Positions 11,970 through 22,016 are shown, numbered from the stretch's first letter. The stretch: 60,916 nucleotides of DNA from an uncultured Clostridiaceae bacterium (GCA_964619815.1 CAZUGK010000001.1:22878-83793), one strand, 5' to 3'. The notes: generated by a model from the sequence alone, not told the origin. Numbers and translations are program-made.

Positions 11970-12383
11970 ATGAGAAAGCTGAAAAACTTTACAAAAAATG
12001 CAGCTGCAGAAGAAAAAGGATTTAATATATATGGGGTATTCTTGAAAGCACTTGGAATATGCTTTGCCATATCTTTTGTATTAATAATACTATACGCTTT
12101 AATTCTTTCATTCACCAGCATGAGTGATTCAACCATGAACATGACTATACAAATTATTATGATTGTTAGTATAACGATTTCAAGCATTTACGGAGGAAAG
12201 AGGGTTGCAAGAAAAGGCTGGCTGTTTGGGCTGGTATTGGGACTAGCATTTACATTGCTTTTGGTGCCTCTAAGCATAAGCTTCTCACAGAGCTTCAGCC
12301 TTGACAAGTACTTTGCGGCAAAAACATTTATGGGCAGTGCGGTAGGCTTGATTGGAGGAATAATTGGCGTTAACCTTAACTAA
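11970..12383 (+). CDS. Small polytopic membrane protein (TIGR04086/YrzE-like, tentative)
   Basis: ATG 11970 (MRKLKNF...) lies after GGGGG. Four hydrophobic segments. Sits downstream of yajC, as yrzE-type genes do in other Firmicutes. Confidence 0.5.
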   Translation: MRKLKNFTKNAAAEEKGFNIYGVFLKALGICFAISFVLIILYALILSFTSMSDSTMNMTIQIIMIVSITISSIYGGKRVARKGWLFGLVLGLAFTLLLVPLSISFSQSFSLDKYFAAKTFMGSAVGLIGGIIGVNLN

Positions 12384-12458
12384 TTTCAAATTTTACTTTT
12401 CCATAATACACTAATATGTTATAATTTTAGAGTGATAAAACATGGAGGAGGAAACTAA

Positions 12459-12644
12459 ATGATGCATATCAGAACTATCAACAGCAAATCGTTATGTGAA
12501 AGCGCACTAAAAGGCGGTTGCGGGGAATGCCAGAATTCATGCCAGTCAGCATGCAAGACTTCCTGCACAGTAGCAAACCAGAAATGCGAGAATGTTGAAA
12601 ACAGCAGAGTAAAGCCTGAAACATCGCATAAGAATTCTATTTAA
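12459..12644 (+). CDS. scfA: Six-cysteine ranthipeptide precursor SCIFF
   Basis: MHIRTINSKSLCESALKGGCGECQNSCQSACKTSCTVANQKCE matches the highly conserved SCIFF signature (GGCGECQTSCQSACKTSCTVGNQ). Carries an unusual ~17-aa C-terminal extension. Confidence 0.85.
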   Translation: MMHIRTINSKSLCESALKGGCGECQNSCQSACKTSCTVANQKCENVENSRVKPETSHKNSI

Positions 12645-12676
12645 GGTAACAATACAAATATTATTTTGTACAATAG

Positions 12677-12722
12677 GCAGTAATATGTAGGAAATGCTTT
12701 ATGCAATACTACATGTTACTGC
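12677..12722 (+). terminator. Hairpin downstream of SCIFF gene
   Basis: GCAGTAATATGTAG (12677-12690) pairs with CTACATGTTACTGC (12709-12722), 13 of 14 positions, followed by TTT. Confidence 0.55.
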
Positions 12723-12748
12723 TTTAAAGCGCTTTTACAGGAGGAAAC

Positions 12749-13258
12749 ATGTTAATATCGTACAAGCAGTATAGCCCTAAAATTGAGAAGAATGCATTTA
12801 TTGCAGAAAACAGCACTATTATTGGCAGATGCTTCATAGGTGAGGATTGCAGTATTTGGTACAATGCAGTGCTTAGAGCCGATGTCAATGAAATAATAGT
12901 AGGACGAGGAGCAAATATCCAGGACGCATGTATTGTACACTGCGATAATGATTATAAGGCCATCATAGGAGAAAATGTCACAGTGGGGCATAATGCAATT
13001 ATTCACGGATGCACCATAGGCAGTAACTGCCTTGTAGGAATGGGATCCACAATACTGGATGGCGCAGTTATAGGAGACAATGTGATAGTCGGGGCCAATT
13101 CATTGATTACTTCAGGCAAGATAATTCCATCAGGAGTACTTGTTATGGGAAGTCCGGCAAAGGTCGTGAGAGAGCTTACTCCTGAGGAAATAGAAGGAAT
13201 CAGCCATTCCGTTGAAGGCTACATAAAGCTTTCGGGGGAATATTTGAATGGGATATAA
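12749..13258 (+). CDS. Gamma carbonic anhydrase family / hexapeptide-repeat (LbH) protein
   Basis: 169 aa of left-handed beta-helix hexapeptide repeats (IGENVTVGHNAIIHGCTIGSNCLVGMGSTILDGAVIGDNVIVGANS), YrdA/PaaY-like. Confidence 0.8.
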   Translation: MLISYKQYSPKIEKNAFIAENSTIIGRCFIGEDCSIWYNAVLRADVNEIIVGRGANIQDACIVHCDNDYKAIIGENVTVGHNAIIHGCTIGSNCLVGMGSTILDGAVIGDNVIVGANSLITSGKIIPSGVLVMGSPAKVVRELTPEEIEGISHSVEGYIKLSGEYLNGI

Positions 13259-13413
13259 AATAGAAAAAAGCAAATAATACATATGCAAGTGCATTTGTGA
13301 AAATGTAGAAGCATTGGAAAAAGTAAATCAGAGCAATATTTCTTTCAGATTGACTAGGAATTATAAAAGTAATATAATAACCATTGTGAAACTAAATAAG
13401 GGGGAGTAAACAA

Positions 13414-14679
13414 ATGAAGTCAAAAAGCCTAATAGTGTTTCTTGCAATAGTTTTATTAATTTCATTGTTTGCGTATATTGCGTTCTTCGGGCTTAATATA
13501 GGGAAATATGAAATTTTACCTGTTCAGAAGCTAATAAAATTGGGTCTTGATTTGAGAGGCGGAGCAACGGTGCTTCTGGAAGCTAAGGATAATCCAAATG
13601 ATCCGGTAAACGATGAGAAAATGGCGAGAGCGGTTGCTACCTTGAGAGAACGTGTAGATGCGCTGGGAGTCGCAGAACCGGTTATAACAAGAGTCGGAAA
13701 GAATAGAATAGAAGTGCAGCTTCCTGAAATTCAGGATCCGCAGAGAGCCTTGGACCTTATTGGACAGACAGCACAGCTTGAATTTATTGAACAAGAAACA
13801 AAGCAGGTTATATTGACCGGTGAAGATATAAAGAAAGCAGAGGCAGTATATCAGCAAAGCAGCAGTGGAGTTGGACAGGAACCGGTTGTTTCCTTCGAAC
13901 TGTCACCTGCAGGTGCAAAGAAATTTGCTGCAGCTACTGAAAGAAACATCGGTAAAGTAATAGGAATTTATCTTGATAAGAATGCAATTTCACTTCCTAC
14001 AGTACAAAGTGTAATTCCTGATGGCAAGGGTATAATAACAGGCTCTGCCACTATGCAGGAAGCCGGCGATTTGGCTACATTGATAAGGGCAGGTGCACTT
14101 CCGGTACAGCTGGAAACTCTTTCAGTTACAGCAGTTGGACCGCAGCTTGGTGCTAATTCCTTTGAACAGAGTATTCTTGCAGGACAAATAGGCATATTGC
14201 TAGTATTTATTTTCATGATATTCTACTATAGAATGCCTGGTTTGATTGCAGATATAACCTTGATACTATATCTCTTACTTACATTATTTGTACTTGCAGC
14301 ACTGAAGGCAACTCTTACATTGCCGGGTATTGCAGGCTTGGTTCTTTCGGTTGGTATGGCAGTTGACGCCAATGTCGTAATCTATGAGAGAATAAAGGAT
14401 GAGCTGAAGCTAGGAAAGACTTTGAGAGCTGCCATAGAGAGCGTCTTTAGAAGAGCCTTCCTGACCATATTTGACTCTAACCTTACTACAGTAATTGCAT
14501 GTATCATACTGTTCTACTTTGGAGCAGGGCCAATCAAAGGCTTTGCAGTAACTCTAATAATCGGTGTAATTATAAGTATGTTCACTGCAATAACTGTTAC
14601 GAAATATATGATGAGGTTGCTCACAAACGGTGGAATATTAAAGAGCATGAGATACTTTGGCGAAAGGGGAGTGAAATAA
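13414..14679 (+). CDS. secD: Protein translocase subunit SecD
   Basis: LGLDLRGG..., periplasmic domain, then C-terminal 6-TM region with GIAGLVLSVGMAVDANVVIYERIKDEL. Confidence 0.92.
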   Translation: MKSKSLIVFLAIVLLISLFAYIAFFGLNIGKYEILPVQKLIKLGLDLRGGATVLLEAKDNPNDPVNDEKMARAVATLRERVDALGVAEPVITRVGKNRIEVQLPEIQDPQRALDLIGQTAQLEFIEQETKQVILTGEDIKKAEAVYQQSSSGVGQEPVVSFELSPAGAKKFAAATERNIGKVIGIYLDKNAISLPTVQSVIPDGKGIITGSATMQEAGDLATLIRAGALPVQLETLSVTAVGPQLGANSFEQSILAGQIGILLVFIFMIFYYRMPGLIADITLILYLLLTLFVLAALKATLTLPGIAGLVLSVGMAVDANVVIYERIKDELKLGKTLRAAIESVFRRAFLTIFDSNLTTVIACIILFYFGAGPIKGFAVTLIIGVIISMFTAITVTKYMMRLLTNGGILKSMRYFGERGVK

Positions 14680-14680
14680 T

Positions 14681-15562
14681 ATGAGAACCATTGACTTTAT
14701 GGGACGCAAGAAATTATGGTTTGGAATATCGCTTACCCTGTTGGCAATAGGCCTGATATTTATGATAATAAACGGCGGATTGAACCTGGGTATAGACTTC
14801 GTTGGAGGAAGTACCATCCATGCTACAATAGGAAAAACTTTTGATGTATCCGAAATCAGAGAGATAATGGACAAATATGATCCTGAAGCAACTATAACTC
14901 ATGCAGGTCAAAATAAGGATCAGGTTATAGTAAGAACCAAGGTAACCTTTGATAACGCAAAAAGAAATGAGATAGTAAAGGCTTTTTCCGATAAATATGC
15001 AATTAAATCAGAAAATATTTCCTTTGAAACAATAGGACCTACTGTAGGAAAAGAATTGTCTACGCAGGCACTTATTGCAGTACTTCTTGCATTTTTAGGG
15101 ATAATGATATATGTATCCTTCAGGTTTGAATGGAGGTTCGGACTGGCTTCCATAACAGCATTAGTACATGATACAGCTATGATGGTTGCTGCATATGCAG
15201 TTTTCCAGATACCTGTAAACAGTACATTCATTGCTGCAGTCCTGACAATTATAGGTTACTCAATCAATGATACAATCGTTATATTTGACAGGATCAGAGA
15301 AAACCTTAAGCATGAGCATGGAAGAAAGATCGACTATGATAAACTGGTTAACGAGTCTGTAACTCAGACACTTGTCCGTTCAATCAATACATCAGTGACT
15401 ACATTGATCACAGTATTCGCTTTATACTTCCTGGGTGTACCTGCTATAAAGGAATTTGCATTCCCAATGATTATTGGTATTATAAGCGGTTGTTACTCAA
15501 CAATATTTATAGCAAGTCCGTTATGGGTAATATTCAGACAGAAGTTCAAAGCAGCTCAATAA
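14681..15562 (+). CDS. secF: Protein translocase subunit SecF
   Basis: GIDFVGGS...LVHDT...GYSINDTIVIFDRIREN. Starts 2 nt after the secD stop. Confidence 0.92.
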   Translation: MRTIDFMGRKKLWFGISLTLLAIGLIFMIINGGLNLGIDFVGGSTIHATIGKTFDVSEIREIMDKYDPEATITHAGQNKDQVIVRTKVTFDNAKRNEIVKAFSDKYAIKSENISFETIGPTVGKELSTQALIAVLLAFLGIMIYVSFRFEWRFGLASITALVHDTAMMVAAYAVFQIPVNSTFIAAVLTIIGYSINDTIVIFDRIRENLKHEHGRKIDYDKLVNESVTQTLVRSINTSVTTLITVFALYFLGVPAIKEFAFPMIIGIISGCYSTIFIASPLWVIFRQKFKAAQ

Positions 15563-15573
15563 TAATAGTCTTT

Positions 15574-15610
15574 AAGGTAACAGTTAAAAGCTGTTACCTT
15601 CTTAGTTTTT
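15574..15610 (+). terminator. Rho-independent terminator after secF
   Basis: AAGGTAACAG (15574-15583) / CTGTTACCTT (15591-15600), perfect 10-bp stem, T-rich tail. Confidence 0.75.
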
Positions 15611-15701
15611 GGCACAATAAAATTGTTGAAGTATAGACTAAAAAGCTTTATATTAGTATTGTTAGGGTTGACTGTTAAATAAAAGTGCGGGAGGGTTTAA
15701 T

Positions 15702-16052
15702 GTGCAGGTTATTTTAGTTGTCTCAATGGTTTTTTCCATCATTGTAGCTTTATTTGCAGTCCAAAACGCAGGAATAGTTGTAGTCAACTTGCTATGGTAT
15801 AAGGTGAGCTTGTCACAGGCAGTGATAATTCTTGGTTCTGCTTTGATAGGGGTACTTATCATGGTGCCGTTTGACATAGCAAGGACAATAAAGAACAAGC
15901 TTAAGATAATGGAACTTTCAGGTGAGAATAAGAGGCTAAAAGAAGAACTGAAGAAAATAAATGCAGAGAAAGCAGCAGCTGCAGAGAAAACAGCTGGTGC
16001 TCCGGCGAAGCCCCAGGTGGTGGAACCGGATGATAATACAGGAAATCAGTAA
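15702..16052 (+). CDS. LapA-domain (DUF1049) membrane protein with coiled-coil tail
   Basis: Two TM segments (FAVQNAGIVVVNLLWYKVSLSQAVIILGS), then a charged KRLKEELKKINAEKAAAAEK tail. GTG start. Confidence 0.5.
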   Translation: MQVILVVSMVFSIIVALFAVQNAGIVVVNLLWYKVSLSQAVIILGSALIGVLIMVPFDIARTIKNKLKIMELSGENKRLKEELKKINAEKAAAAEKTAGAPAKPQVVEPDDNTGNQ

Positions 16053-16078
16053 TTTATAGATAGGCATGTGATGGAATA

Positions 16079-17821
16079 TTGAACAAAAGATGGACAGCTT
16101 ATGACAAAAGTATGGAAAATCTTGAATCAATCATAAATGAATTTCAAATATCCGAGATAGTAGCCAGGGCGATGGTTAACAGAGGCATAAATACAGTACC
16201 GAAAGTAAGGGTATTCCTTAATACGGATTTGGATTCACTCTATGACCCATATCTCTTGGCAGGGATGGAGAAGTCTGTAGATAGAATACTGGAGGCCGTA
16301 AAATGCAAAGAAATAATATGCGTCTATGGAGATTATGATGTAGATGGGATTACCTCTACTGCAGTAATGGTAAGAACGCTGAAGAAGCTTGGTGCTAATG
16401 CGGTGTATTATATACCCAACAGGATTGAAGAGGGCTATGGCCTGAGTATAAGCTCCATGGACAGGATAAAGGAGCTTGGAGCGAAGCTTATTGTTACGGT
16501 GGATTGCGGGATCAGGTCCAATGAGGTAGTTGATTATGCAAAGAGCTTGGGAATGGAAATAATAATAACGGACCATCATGAGTGCGAAGGTGAACTGCCT
16601 AAGGCATACAGCATCGTAAATCCGCATCAATACAGCTGCAGCTATTCCCACAAAAACCTGGCGGGTGTCGGAGTTGCATATAAACTGGCATGTGCTTTAC
16701 TTGGAAAAGAAGGTATAGATGATTTTGCAGAGGAACTTATAGATATTGTTTCGATAGGGACAATAGCTGATGTTGTGCCTCTCCTGGATGAAAACCGCAT
16801 AATAGTGAAAAATGGCCTTAAGAAAATACAAAACACAGAGAACGAGGGCATAAAAGCTCTGCTTTCGGTATCCGGGCTAAGCGGTAAGGAGCTTAGTGCA
16901 TACAACGTAGCTTTTGTGCTCGCTCCAAGGATAAATGCAGCAGGCAGGATTGCAGATGCGGCCGAATGCGTTGAGCTTTTGCTGACCGATAATCCAGGTA
17001 AGGCTATGGATATAGCAAGGAAGCTGGATTCAGACAACCGGGAGCGCCAGGCAATAGAAAATGATATACTGAACAAAGCAATTACGATAATTGAAAAGAC
17101 AGTAGATGTTGAAAATGCCAGGGTGCTGGTGCTGAGCAGCGAGAGTTGGCATATAGGTGTTATAGGCATTGTGGCTTCGCGGCTGGTAGATAAATACTAT
17201 CTTCCAACCTTCATAATGTCAAGGGATGGGGAGCTTTGTAAAGGCTCTGCAAGAAGCATCCCGGGCTTTAATATATTCGAAGCAATGTCCAAGTACAGCA
17301 ATCTGTTTGAAAAGTATGGCGGACATGAAATGGCTGCAGGTTTTACAATAAAGGCCGATAGAGTAGACGAGCTTAGTAAATGTCTGAGCTTTGAAGCTGA
17401 GAGCGTATTGGGCAGGGATAAGCTCCTGCCTGAGATAATGGTAGACTATAAGCTTGAACCGGAGGATGTCACCCTGGAGACTGTAAGGCAGCTAAAGCTA
17501 TTGGAACCTTTTGGAACAGGCAATCCAAGCCCGATTTTTGTATACAGGGGACTTAAGGTAGTGTCCTCAAAAGCAGTGGGCAACGAGTCCAAACATCTTT
17601 CTCTGACAGCTTATGACGGCATTAATGAGATTAAATGTATTGCTTATAATTTAGGAAGTATGCAAAAAATGTTATCATCCGGTCAAAAAATTGATATAAT
17701 ATGTAATGTTGAGAACAATATCTGGAACAATGTTGAAACTGTGCAGTTGAACATAAAGGATATCAAAATAATAAATGGGGGTAGTACTTATGGATCTGGA
17801 AAAGTATATAAGAGCAATTGA
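16079..17821 (+). CDS. recJ: Single-stranded-DNA-specific exonuclease RecJ
   Basis: DHH motifs ([24 protein letters not shown]), DHHA1 GGHEMAAG and a C-terminal OB-like region. Start codon uncertain (TTG 16079). Confidence 0.9.
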   Translation: MNKRWTAYDKSMENLESIINEFQISEIVARAMVNRGINTVPKVRVFLNTDLDSLYDPYLLAGMEKSVDRILEAVKCKEIICVYGDYDVDGITSTAVMVRTLKKLGANAVYYIPNRIEEGYGLSISSMDRIKELGAKLIVTVDCGIRSNEVVDYAKSLGMEIIITDHHECEGELPKAYSIVNPHQYSCSYSHKNLAGVGVAYKLACALLGKEGIDDFAEELIDIVSIGTIADVVPLLDENRIIVKNGLKKIQNTENEGIKALLSVSGLSGKELSAYNVAFVLAPRINAAGRIADAAECVELLLTDNPGKAMDIARKLDSDNRERQAIENDILNKAITIIEKTVDVENARVLVLSSESWHIGVIGIVASRLVDKYYLPTFIMSRDGELCKGSARSIPGFNIFEAMSKYSNLFEKYGGHEMAAGFTIKADRVDELSKCLSFEAESVLGRDKLLPEIMVDYKLEPEDVTLETVRQLKLLEPFGTGNPSPIFVYRGLKVVSSKAVGNESKHLSLTAYDGINEIKCIAYNLGSMQKMLSSGQKIDIICNVENNIWNNVETVQLNIKDIKIINGGSTYGSGKVYKSN

Positions 17822-18302
17822 AGGTTTCCCGAAGGAAGGCGTAAACTTTAAGGATGTGACGACGCTTTTGAAAGAGGGAGATGCTTTCAAATATGCTGTG
17901 AAATCCATTGCGGATAAGCTAAGGGACCTTAATGTAGATTTGGTTGTGGGACCGGAAGCGAGAGGCTTCATATTCGGAGCACCTGTAGCTTATGAGCTTG
18001 GTGTGGGCTTTGTTCCGGTAAGGAAACCAGGCAAGCTCCCGGCAGAAACAGTACGGTACGAGTATGAACTGGAATATGGGAAGGACGCACTTGAGATCCA
18101 CAGGGATGCAATAAAAAAAGGTGCAAGAGTAGCCTTGGTAGACGATTTGCTTGCAACCGGGGGTACTATCCTTTCAGCAGCTAAGCTGGTAGAGCAGCTT
18201 GGAGGAGAAGTGGTGCATATTGGCTTCCTTATTGAACTGGAATTCTTAAATGGAAGGAATAATCTTAAGGACTATGATGTAAGCTCAATTATCAAATATT
18301 AA
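17790..18302 (+). CDS. apt: Adenine phosphoribosyltransferase
   Basis: [24 protein letters not shown]...[12 protein letters not shown]...[16 protein letters not shown] 17790 overlaps the recJ 3' end. Confidence 0.93.
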   Translation: MDLEKYIRAIEGFPKEGVNFKDVTTLLKEGDAFKYAVKSIADKLRDLNVDLVVGPEARGFIFGAPVAYELGVGFVPVRKPGKLPAETVRYEYELEYGKDALEIHRDAIKKGARVALVDDLLATGGTILSAAKLVEQLGGEVVHIGFLIELEFLNGRNNLKDYDVSSIIKY

Positions 18303-18384
18303 GGTCAGAGCATAATATATGCAGTATATAAAATATTATATTTGATAAATAAGTACAAATATACTAAAATAGATTTAATAGTTT

Positions 18385-18408
18385 AAAGCTGGTGCTACCA
18401 GCTTTTTT
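18385..18408 (+). terminator. Rho-independent terminator after apt
   Basis: AAAGCTGGT (18385-18393) / ACCAGCTTT (18397-18405), 3-nt loop, T-run. Confidence 0.85.
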
Positions 18409-18547
18409 AGTAGTATAATCCGTTAAGCGGAATCTCTTTTTACTTTTTTAATCAAGATTCCGAAAAACGTTTTCCTGATCGTTATTGAATTCGCAGTATA
18501 CCCCGATATTTGCAGTCAAATACACATTCTAAAAGTTGGTGTTGTTT

Positions 18548-20716
18548 ATGTTACAGGATTTAATGAACATAATTAAAAAGTATAACCCTAACAACGATGC
18601 TGAGATCGTTGAAAGGGCTTATAACTATGCAGTAAAAGCCCATGACGGACAAAAGAGGGTTTCGGGAGAGGACTATATTATCCATCCGGTTGAAGTGGCG
18701 AAAATACTTGCAGAGCTGAACATGGACAATGTCACAATTGCTGCGGGAATACTGCATGACGTTGTGGAAGATACAAAATGCACTTTGGAAGACTGTAAGA
18801 ATCTTTTTGGCGAAGAGATAGCCATGCTCGTAGACGGTGTGACCAAGTTGGGAAAGCTGGAATACAAGACTAAAGAAGAGCAGCAGGCAGAAAGTCTTAG
18901 AAAAATGTTCATTGCTATGGCGAAGGATATAAGAGTAATACTTATTAAGCTTGCTGACAGGCTGCACAACATGCGTACTCTCAAATACATGCCGCCTGAG
19001 AAACAGAAGGAAAAGGCCAAAGAGACCATAGAAATTTATGCTCCGATTGCCCACAGGCTGGGAATATCAAAGATAAAGTGGGAAATGGAGGACCTTGCAT
19101 TAAGATACCTTGAGCCTAAAGAATATTATGAACTTGTGGACAAGGTAGCTAAAAAGAGAAAAGAACGTGAGGATGAAATTAATCATGTTATCGAAATCCT
19201 GAAGGTAAAGTTCAAGGAGGTAGGAATAGAAGCCCATATTGAAGGAAGGCCGAAGAGCTTCTACAGCATTTACAGGAAAATGTACTACCAGAACAAGAGC
19301 TTTGAACAGATATTTGACCTTACAGCAGTAAGGATAATTGTGGATACAGTAAAGGATTGCTATGGAGTACTTGGCATAGTTCACACTCTGTGGAAGCCCA
19401 TACCGGGAAGATTCAAGGATTATATAGCAATGCCGAAGCCGAATATGTACCAGTCGCTGCATACGACTCTGCTCGGCTCCGACGGGCAGCCCTTTGAAGT
19501 GCAGATAAGAACCTGGGATATGCATAAAACCTCTGAAATAGGTATAGCTGCTCATTGGAAGTACAAGGAAGGCAAGACATCCCAGACGGAATTCGATGAA
19601 AAACTGAAGTGGCTGAGGCAAATGCTCGAATGGCAGAATGAGATAAAAGATACCAGGGAATTCATGGAAACCTTGAAGGTTGATTTATTTACCGATGAAG
19701 TATATGTATTCACTCCAAAGGGTGATGTGGTTGACTTGCCGGTAGAGTCAACCCCAGTAGATTTTGCATATAAGATACACAGCCAGATAGGAAACAGGTG
19801 CATAGGGGCGAAAATAAACGGAAGAATAGTAACCCTGGATTATAAGCTCCAGAACGGGGATATCGTAGAAGTAATCACTTCAGCTGTAGCTAATGGCCCA
19901 AGCCGTGACTGGCTGAAAATAGTAAAGAGCTCACAGGCTAAGAATAAGATAAGACAGTGGTTTAAGAAAGAAAAAAGAGAAGAGAATATTCAAAAGGGAA
20001 AAGAACTGCTTGAAAAAGAAATACGGCGACATGGATATACTGCGGCACAGCTTTTGAAGCCTGAATGGCTGGAAACCATCTATAGGAGGTTAAGCCTGCA
20101 CACTGTGGATGATTTGTATTCATCTCTTGGATATGGAGGCTTGACGCCCAATCAGATAATAACAAAGCTGAAGGAAGAGTTCAGAAAAACTCAGAAGCTT
20201 GAAGAGCGGGAAGAGGAAAGCATTGAGCGCCAGGTGGAAAAATCTCAGGAAAGAAGGGAAAGGCATAACAGCACCGGTGTCAAGGTCAAAGGCGTGGATA
20301 ATATTATGATAAGATTTTCCAAATGCTGCAATCCTGTACCCGGTGATGAAATAATAGGATATATTACTAAAGGCAGAGGAGTGTCTGTACATCAAAAGGA
20401 TTGCCCGAATGTAGTAGATCTTATGAATGAAGAAGAAAGGCTCATAGAGGTTGAATGGAATACCCAGACCAAGGTGTCCTATAACGCGGATGTAGAAGTA
20501 AGGGCAACTGACAGAAAGGGACTTCTTGCAGAAATAACCACCATAATAGATGAAAGCAAAGTTAATATTAATTCCTTCCATTCAAGAACAACAAAAGACA
20601 AGGTAGCAATTATAAATTTTATATTAGAAATAACAGATATTGAACAGCTAAACAAGCTGATAAGAAAATTCAGGAAAATAGAAGGCGTAATGGACGTATT
20701 CAGGGCGAAGCAATAA
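18548..20716 (+). CDS. relA: Bifunctional (p)ppGpp synthetase/hydrolase RelA/SpoT homologue
   Basis: HD hydrolase motif (HPVEVA...GILHDVVEDT), synthetase domain (RPKSFYSIYRKM...DLTAVRIIV...YQSLHTT...EVQIRT), plus TGS and ACT domains. Confidence 0.93.
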   Translation: MLQDLMNIIKKYNPNNDAEIVERAYNYAVKAHDGQKRVSGEDYIIHPVEVAKILAELNMDNVTIAAGILHDVVEDTKCTLEDCKNLFGEEIAMLVDGVTKLGKLEYKTKEEQQAESLRKMFIAMAKDIRVILIKLADRLHNMRTLKYMPPEKQKEKAKETIEIYAPIAHRLGISKIKWEMEDLALRYLEPKEYYELVDKVAKKRKEREDEINHVIEILKVKFKEVGIEAHIEGRPKSFYSIYRKMYYQNKSFEQIFDLTAVRIIVDTVKDCYGVLGIVHTLWKPIPGRFKDYIAMPKPNMYQSLHTTLLGSDGQPFEVQIRTWDMHKTSEIGIAAHWKYKEGKTSQTEFDEKLKWLRQMLEWQNEIKDTREFMETLKVDLFTDEVYVFTPKGDVVDLPVESTPVDFAYKIHSQIGNRCIGAKINGRIVTLDYKLQNGDIVEVITSAVANGPSRDWLKIVKSSQAKNKIRQWFKKEKREENIQKGKELLEKEIRRHGYTAAQLLKPEWLETIYRRLSLHTVDDLYSSLGYGGLTPNQIITKLKEEFRKTQKLEEREEESIERQVEKSQERRERHNSTGVKVKGVDNIMIRFSKCCNPVPGDEIIGYITKGRGVSVHQKDCPNVVDLMNEEERLIEVEWNTQTKVSYNADVEVRATDRKGLLAEITTIIDESKVNINSFHSRTTKDKVAIINFILEITDIEQLNKLIRKFRKIEGVMDVFRAKQ

Positions 20717-20722
20717 GCTTGG

Positions 20723-20919
20723 GTATTCCTAAAGAGTATGGTTGCGCGTTACGAGTTACGAGTTGCGCGTGTTAAGAATGGCTTTGGAGAGGGCTGTTAA
20801 AGGGAATTACAAAAGTTGGTTGCTAGAATACAAAATTCTGGCTAGAGAAAGACTTCGAAGGTATGCTTTAATCTCGAAACGCGAAACTCGAAACGCGTAA
20901 CGAAACTTAAGAGGAATAC
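20723..20919 (+). repeat. Long imperfect hairpin element with tandem-heptamer arms and CTTCGAAGG core (copy A)
   Basis: Outer stem GTATTCCT/AGGAATAC. 5' arm GTTGCGC GTTACGA GTTACGA GTTGCGC (20741-20768). Core GACTTCGAAGGTATGCTTTAATC (20851-20873). 3' arm TCGAAAC GCGAAAC TCGAAAC GCGTAAC (20874-20901). By hand, 20 of 25 arm positions pair. Confidence 0.7.
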
Positions 20920-20931
20920 AGGAGGAATGTC

Positions 20932-21381
20932 ATGCGCGCAGTTGTACAGAGGGTAAGCAGTGGAAGTGTCACTGTTGATGAGAAAATTGTTGGGAGTATA
21001 GGCAAGGGGTTTGTTGTATTGCTCGGCGTAAGCGAGAAGGATACAGAAGAGGATATGCTGTACATGACAGATAAAATTATCAATTTGAGAATATTTGAGG
21101 ATGAAGACGGGAAAATGAACCTCTCCTTGTTGGATATCAAGGGAGAGCTGCTGGTGGTTTCACAGTTCACCTTATATGGAGACTGCAGGAAGGGAAGAAG
21201 ACCTAATTTCATGAGCGCAGCCAGACCTGAAAAGGCTGAAGAACTGTATAATGCATTTGTCAAAAAGTGCGGGGAAATGGGTGTAAAGACTGAAACAGGC
21301 ACTTTTCAGGCGGATATGAAGGTTCGCATTGAAAATGACGGGCCTGTTACAGTTATTGTTGACAGTGAGAAAATCATATAG
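20932..21381 (+). CDS. dtd: D-aminoacyl-tRNA deacylase
   Basis: MRAVVQRV...VLLGV...[16 protein letters not shown]...GTFQADM.V...NDGPVT. Confidence 0.93.
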   Translation: MRAVVQRVSSGSVTVDEKIVGSIGKGFVVLLGVSEKDTEEDMLYMTDKIINLRIFEDEDGKMNLSLLDIKGELLVVSQFTLYGDCRKGRRPNFMSAARPEKAEELYNAFVKKCGEMGVKTETGTFQADMKVRIENDGPVTVIVDSEKII

Positions 21382-21395
21382 AAAGGTTGAAAATT

Positions 21396-22016
21396 ATGGA
21401 ATTTAAAAGGCTTCCTTTAGGAATATACCAGGCAAACTGCTACATTCTGAATGATGAAAATACCAAGGAAACAGCAGTAATTGATCCGGGCGGGGATTTT
21501 CCGGAGATAAGAAGCTATATTGAAGCCAAAGGGTTAAAAATCAAATATATCATTATTACCCATGGGCATGGAGATCATATTGGCGCTCTCAGTGAGTTGA
21601 AGGATTATTCCAATGCACCTGTGTGCATACACAGGGAGGACAGCGAAATGCTTAAGAACAGCAGTAAAAACTACAGTGCAGAGATGGGCGGCCCGCAGGT
21701 AAATATTTCGCCTGACAGGCTGCTGGAAGATGGAGATGTCTTGGAGCTTGGAGATACAAAGCTCAATATTATATATACACCCGGACACTCCAGGGGAGGA
21801 ATATGCATATACTGTGACGGAAATTTGTTTTCGGGAGATACGCTTTTTGCATGCTCTATAGGACGTACAGACTTGTACGGAGGATCTTTTGATGAGATCA
21901 TTGCCTCAATAAAGGAAAAGCTATTGGTCTTACCGGATGAAACTGCAGTTTACCCTGGACACGGGCCATCATCAACGATATTGACAGAAAAAAAGAGAAA
22001 TCCTTTCTTGAATTAA
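21396..22016 (+). CDS. MBL-fold metallo-hydrolase (glyoxalase II-like)
   Basis: ITHGHGDHIG metal motif, TPGHSRGG, GDTLF...GRTDL. ATG 21396 is correctly spaced from GAAAGG. Confidence 0.8.
   Translation: MEFKRLPLGIYQANCYILNDENTKETAVIDPGGDFPEIRSYIEAKGLKIKYIIITHGHGDHIGALSELKDYSNAPVCIHREDSEMLKNSSKNYSAEMGGPQVNISPDRLLEDGDVLELGDTKLNIIYTPGHSRGGICIYCDGNLFSGDTLFACSIGRTDLYGGSFDEIIASIKEKLLVLPDETAVYPGHGPSSTILTEKKRNPFLN

Noticed and set aside
16642-17169. 175-aa minus-strand ORF, plus many similar antisense ORFs in the track (507..959, 18560..19054, 19100..19621, 25019..25435, 44265..44831, 55882..56244 and others)
   Set aside because: All are nested opposite well-supported genes (recJ, the LTA synthase gene, relA, aspS, rarA, ugd). 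They have Ser/Leu/Ile-rich low-complexity translations and no family resemblance.
20741-20901. Possibility that the tandem heptamers are a CRISPR array or a coding repeat
   Set aside because: The repeat unit is 7 nt and the units are contiguous with no spacers, so this is not a CRISPR array. The period is not a multiple of 3, and all frames contain stops or nonsense, so it is not coding.
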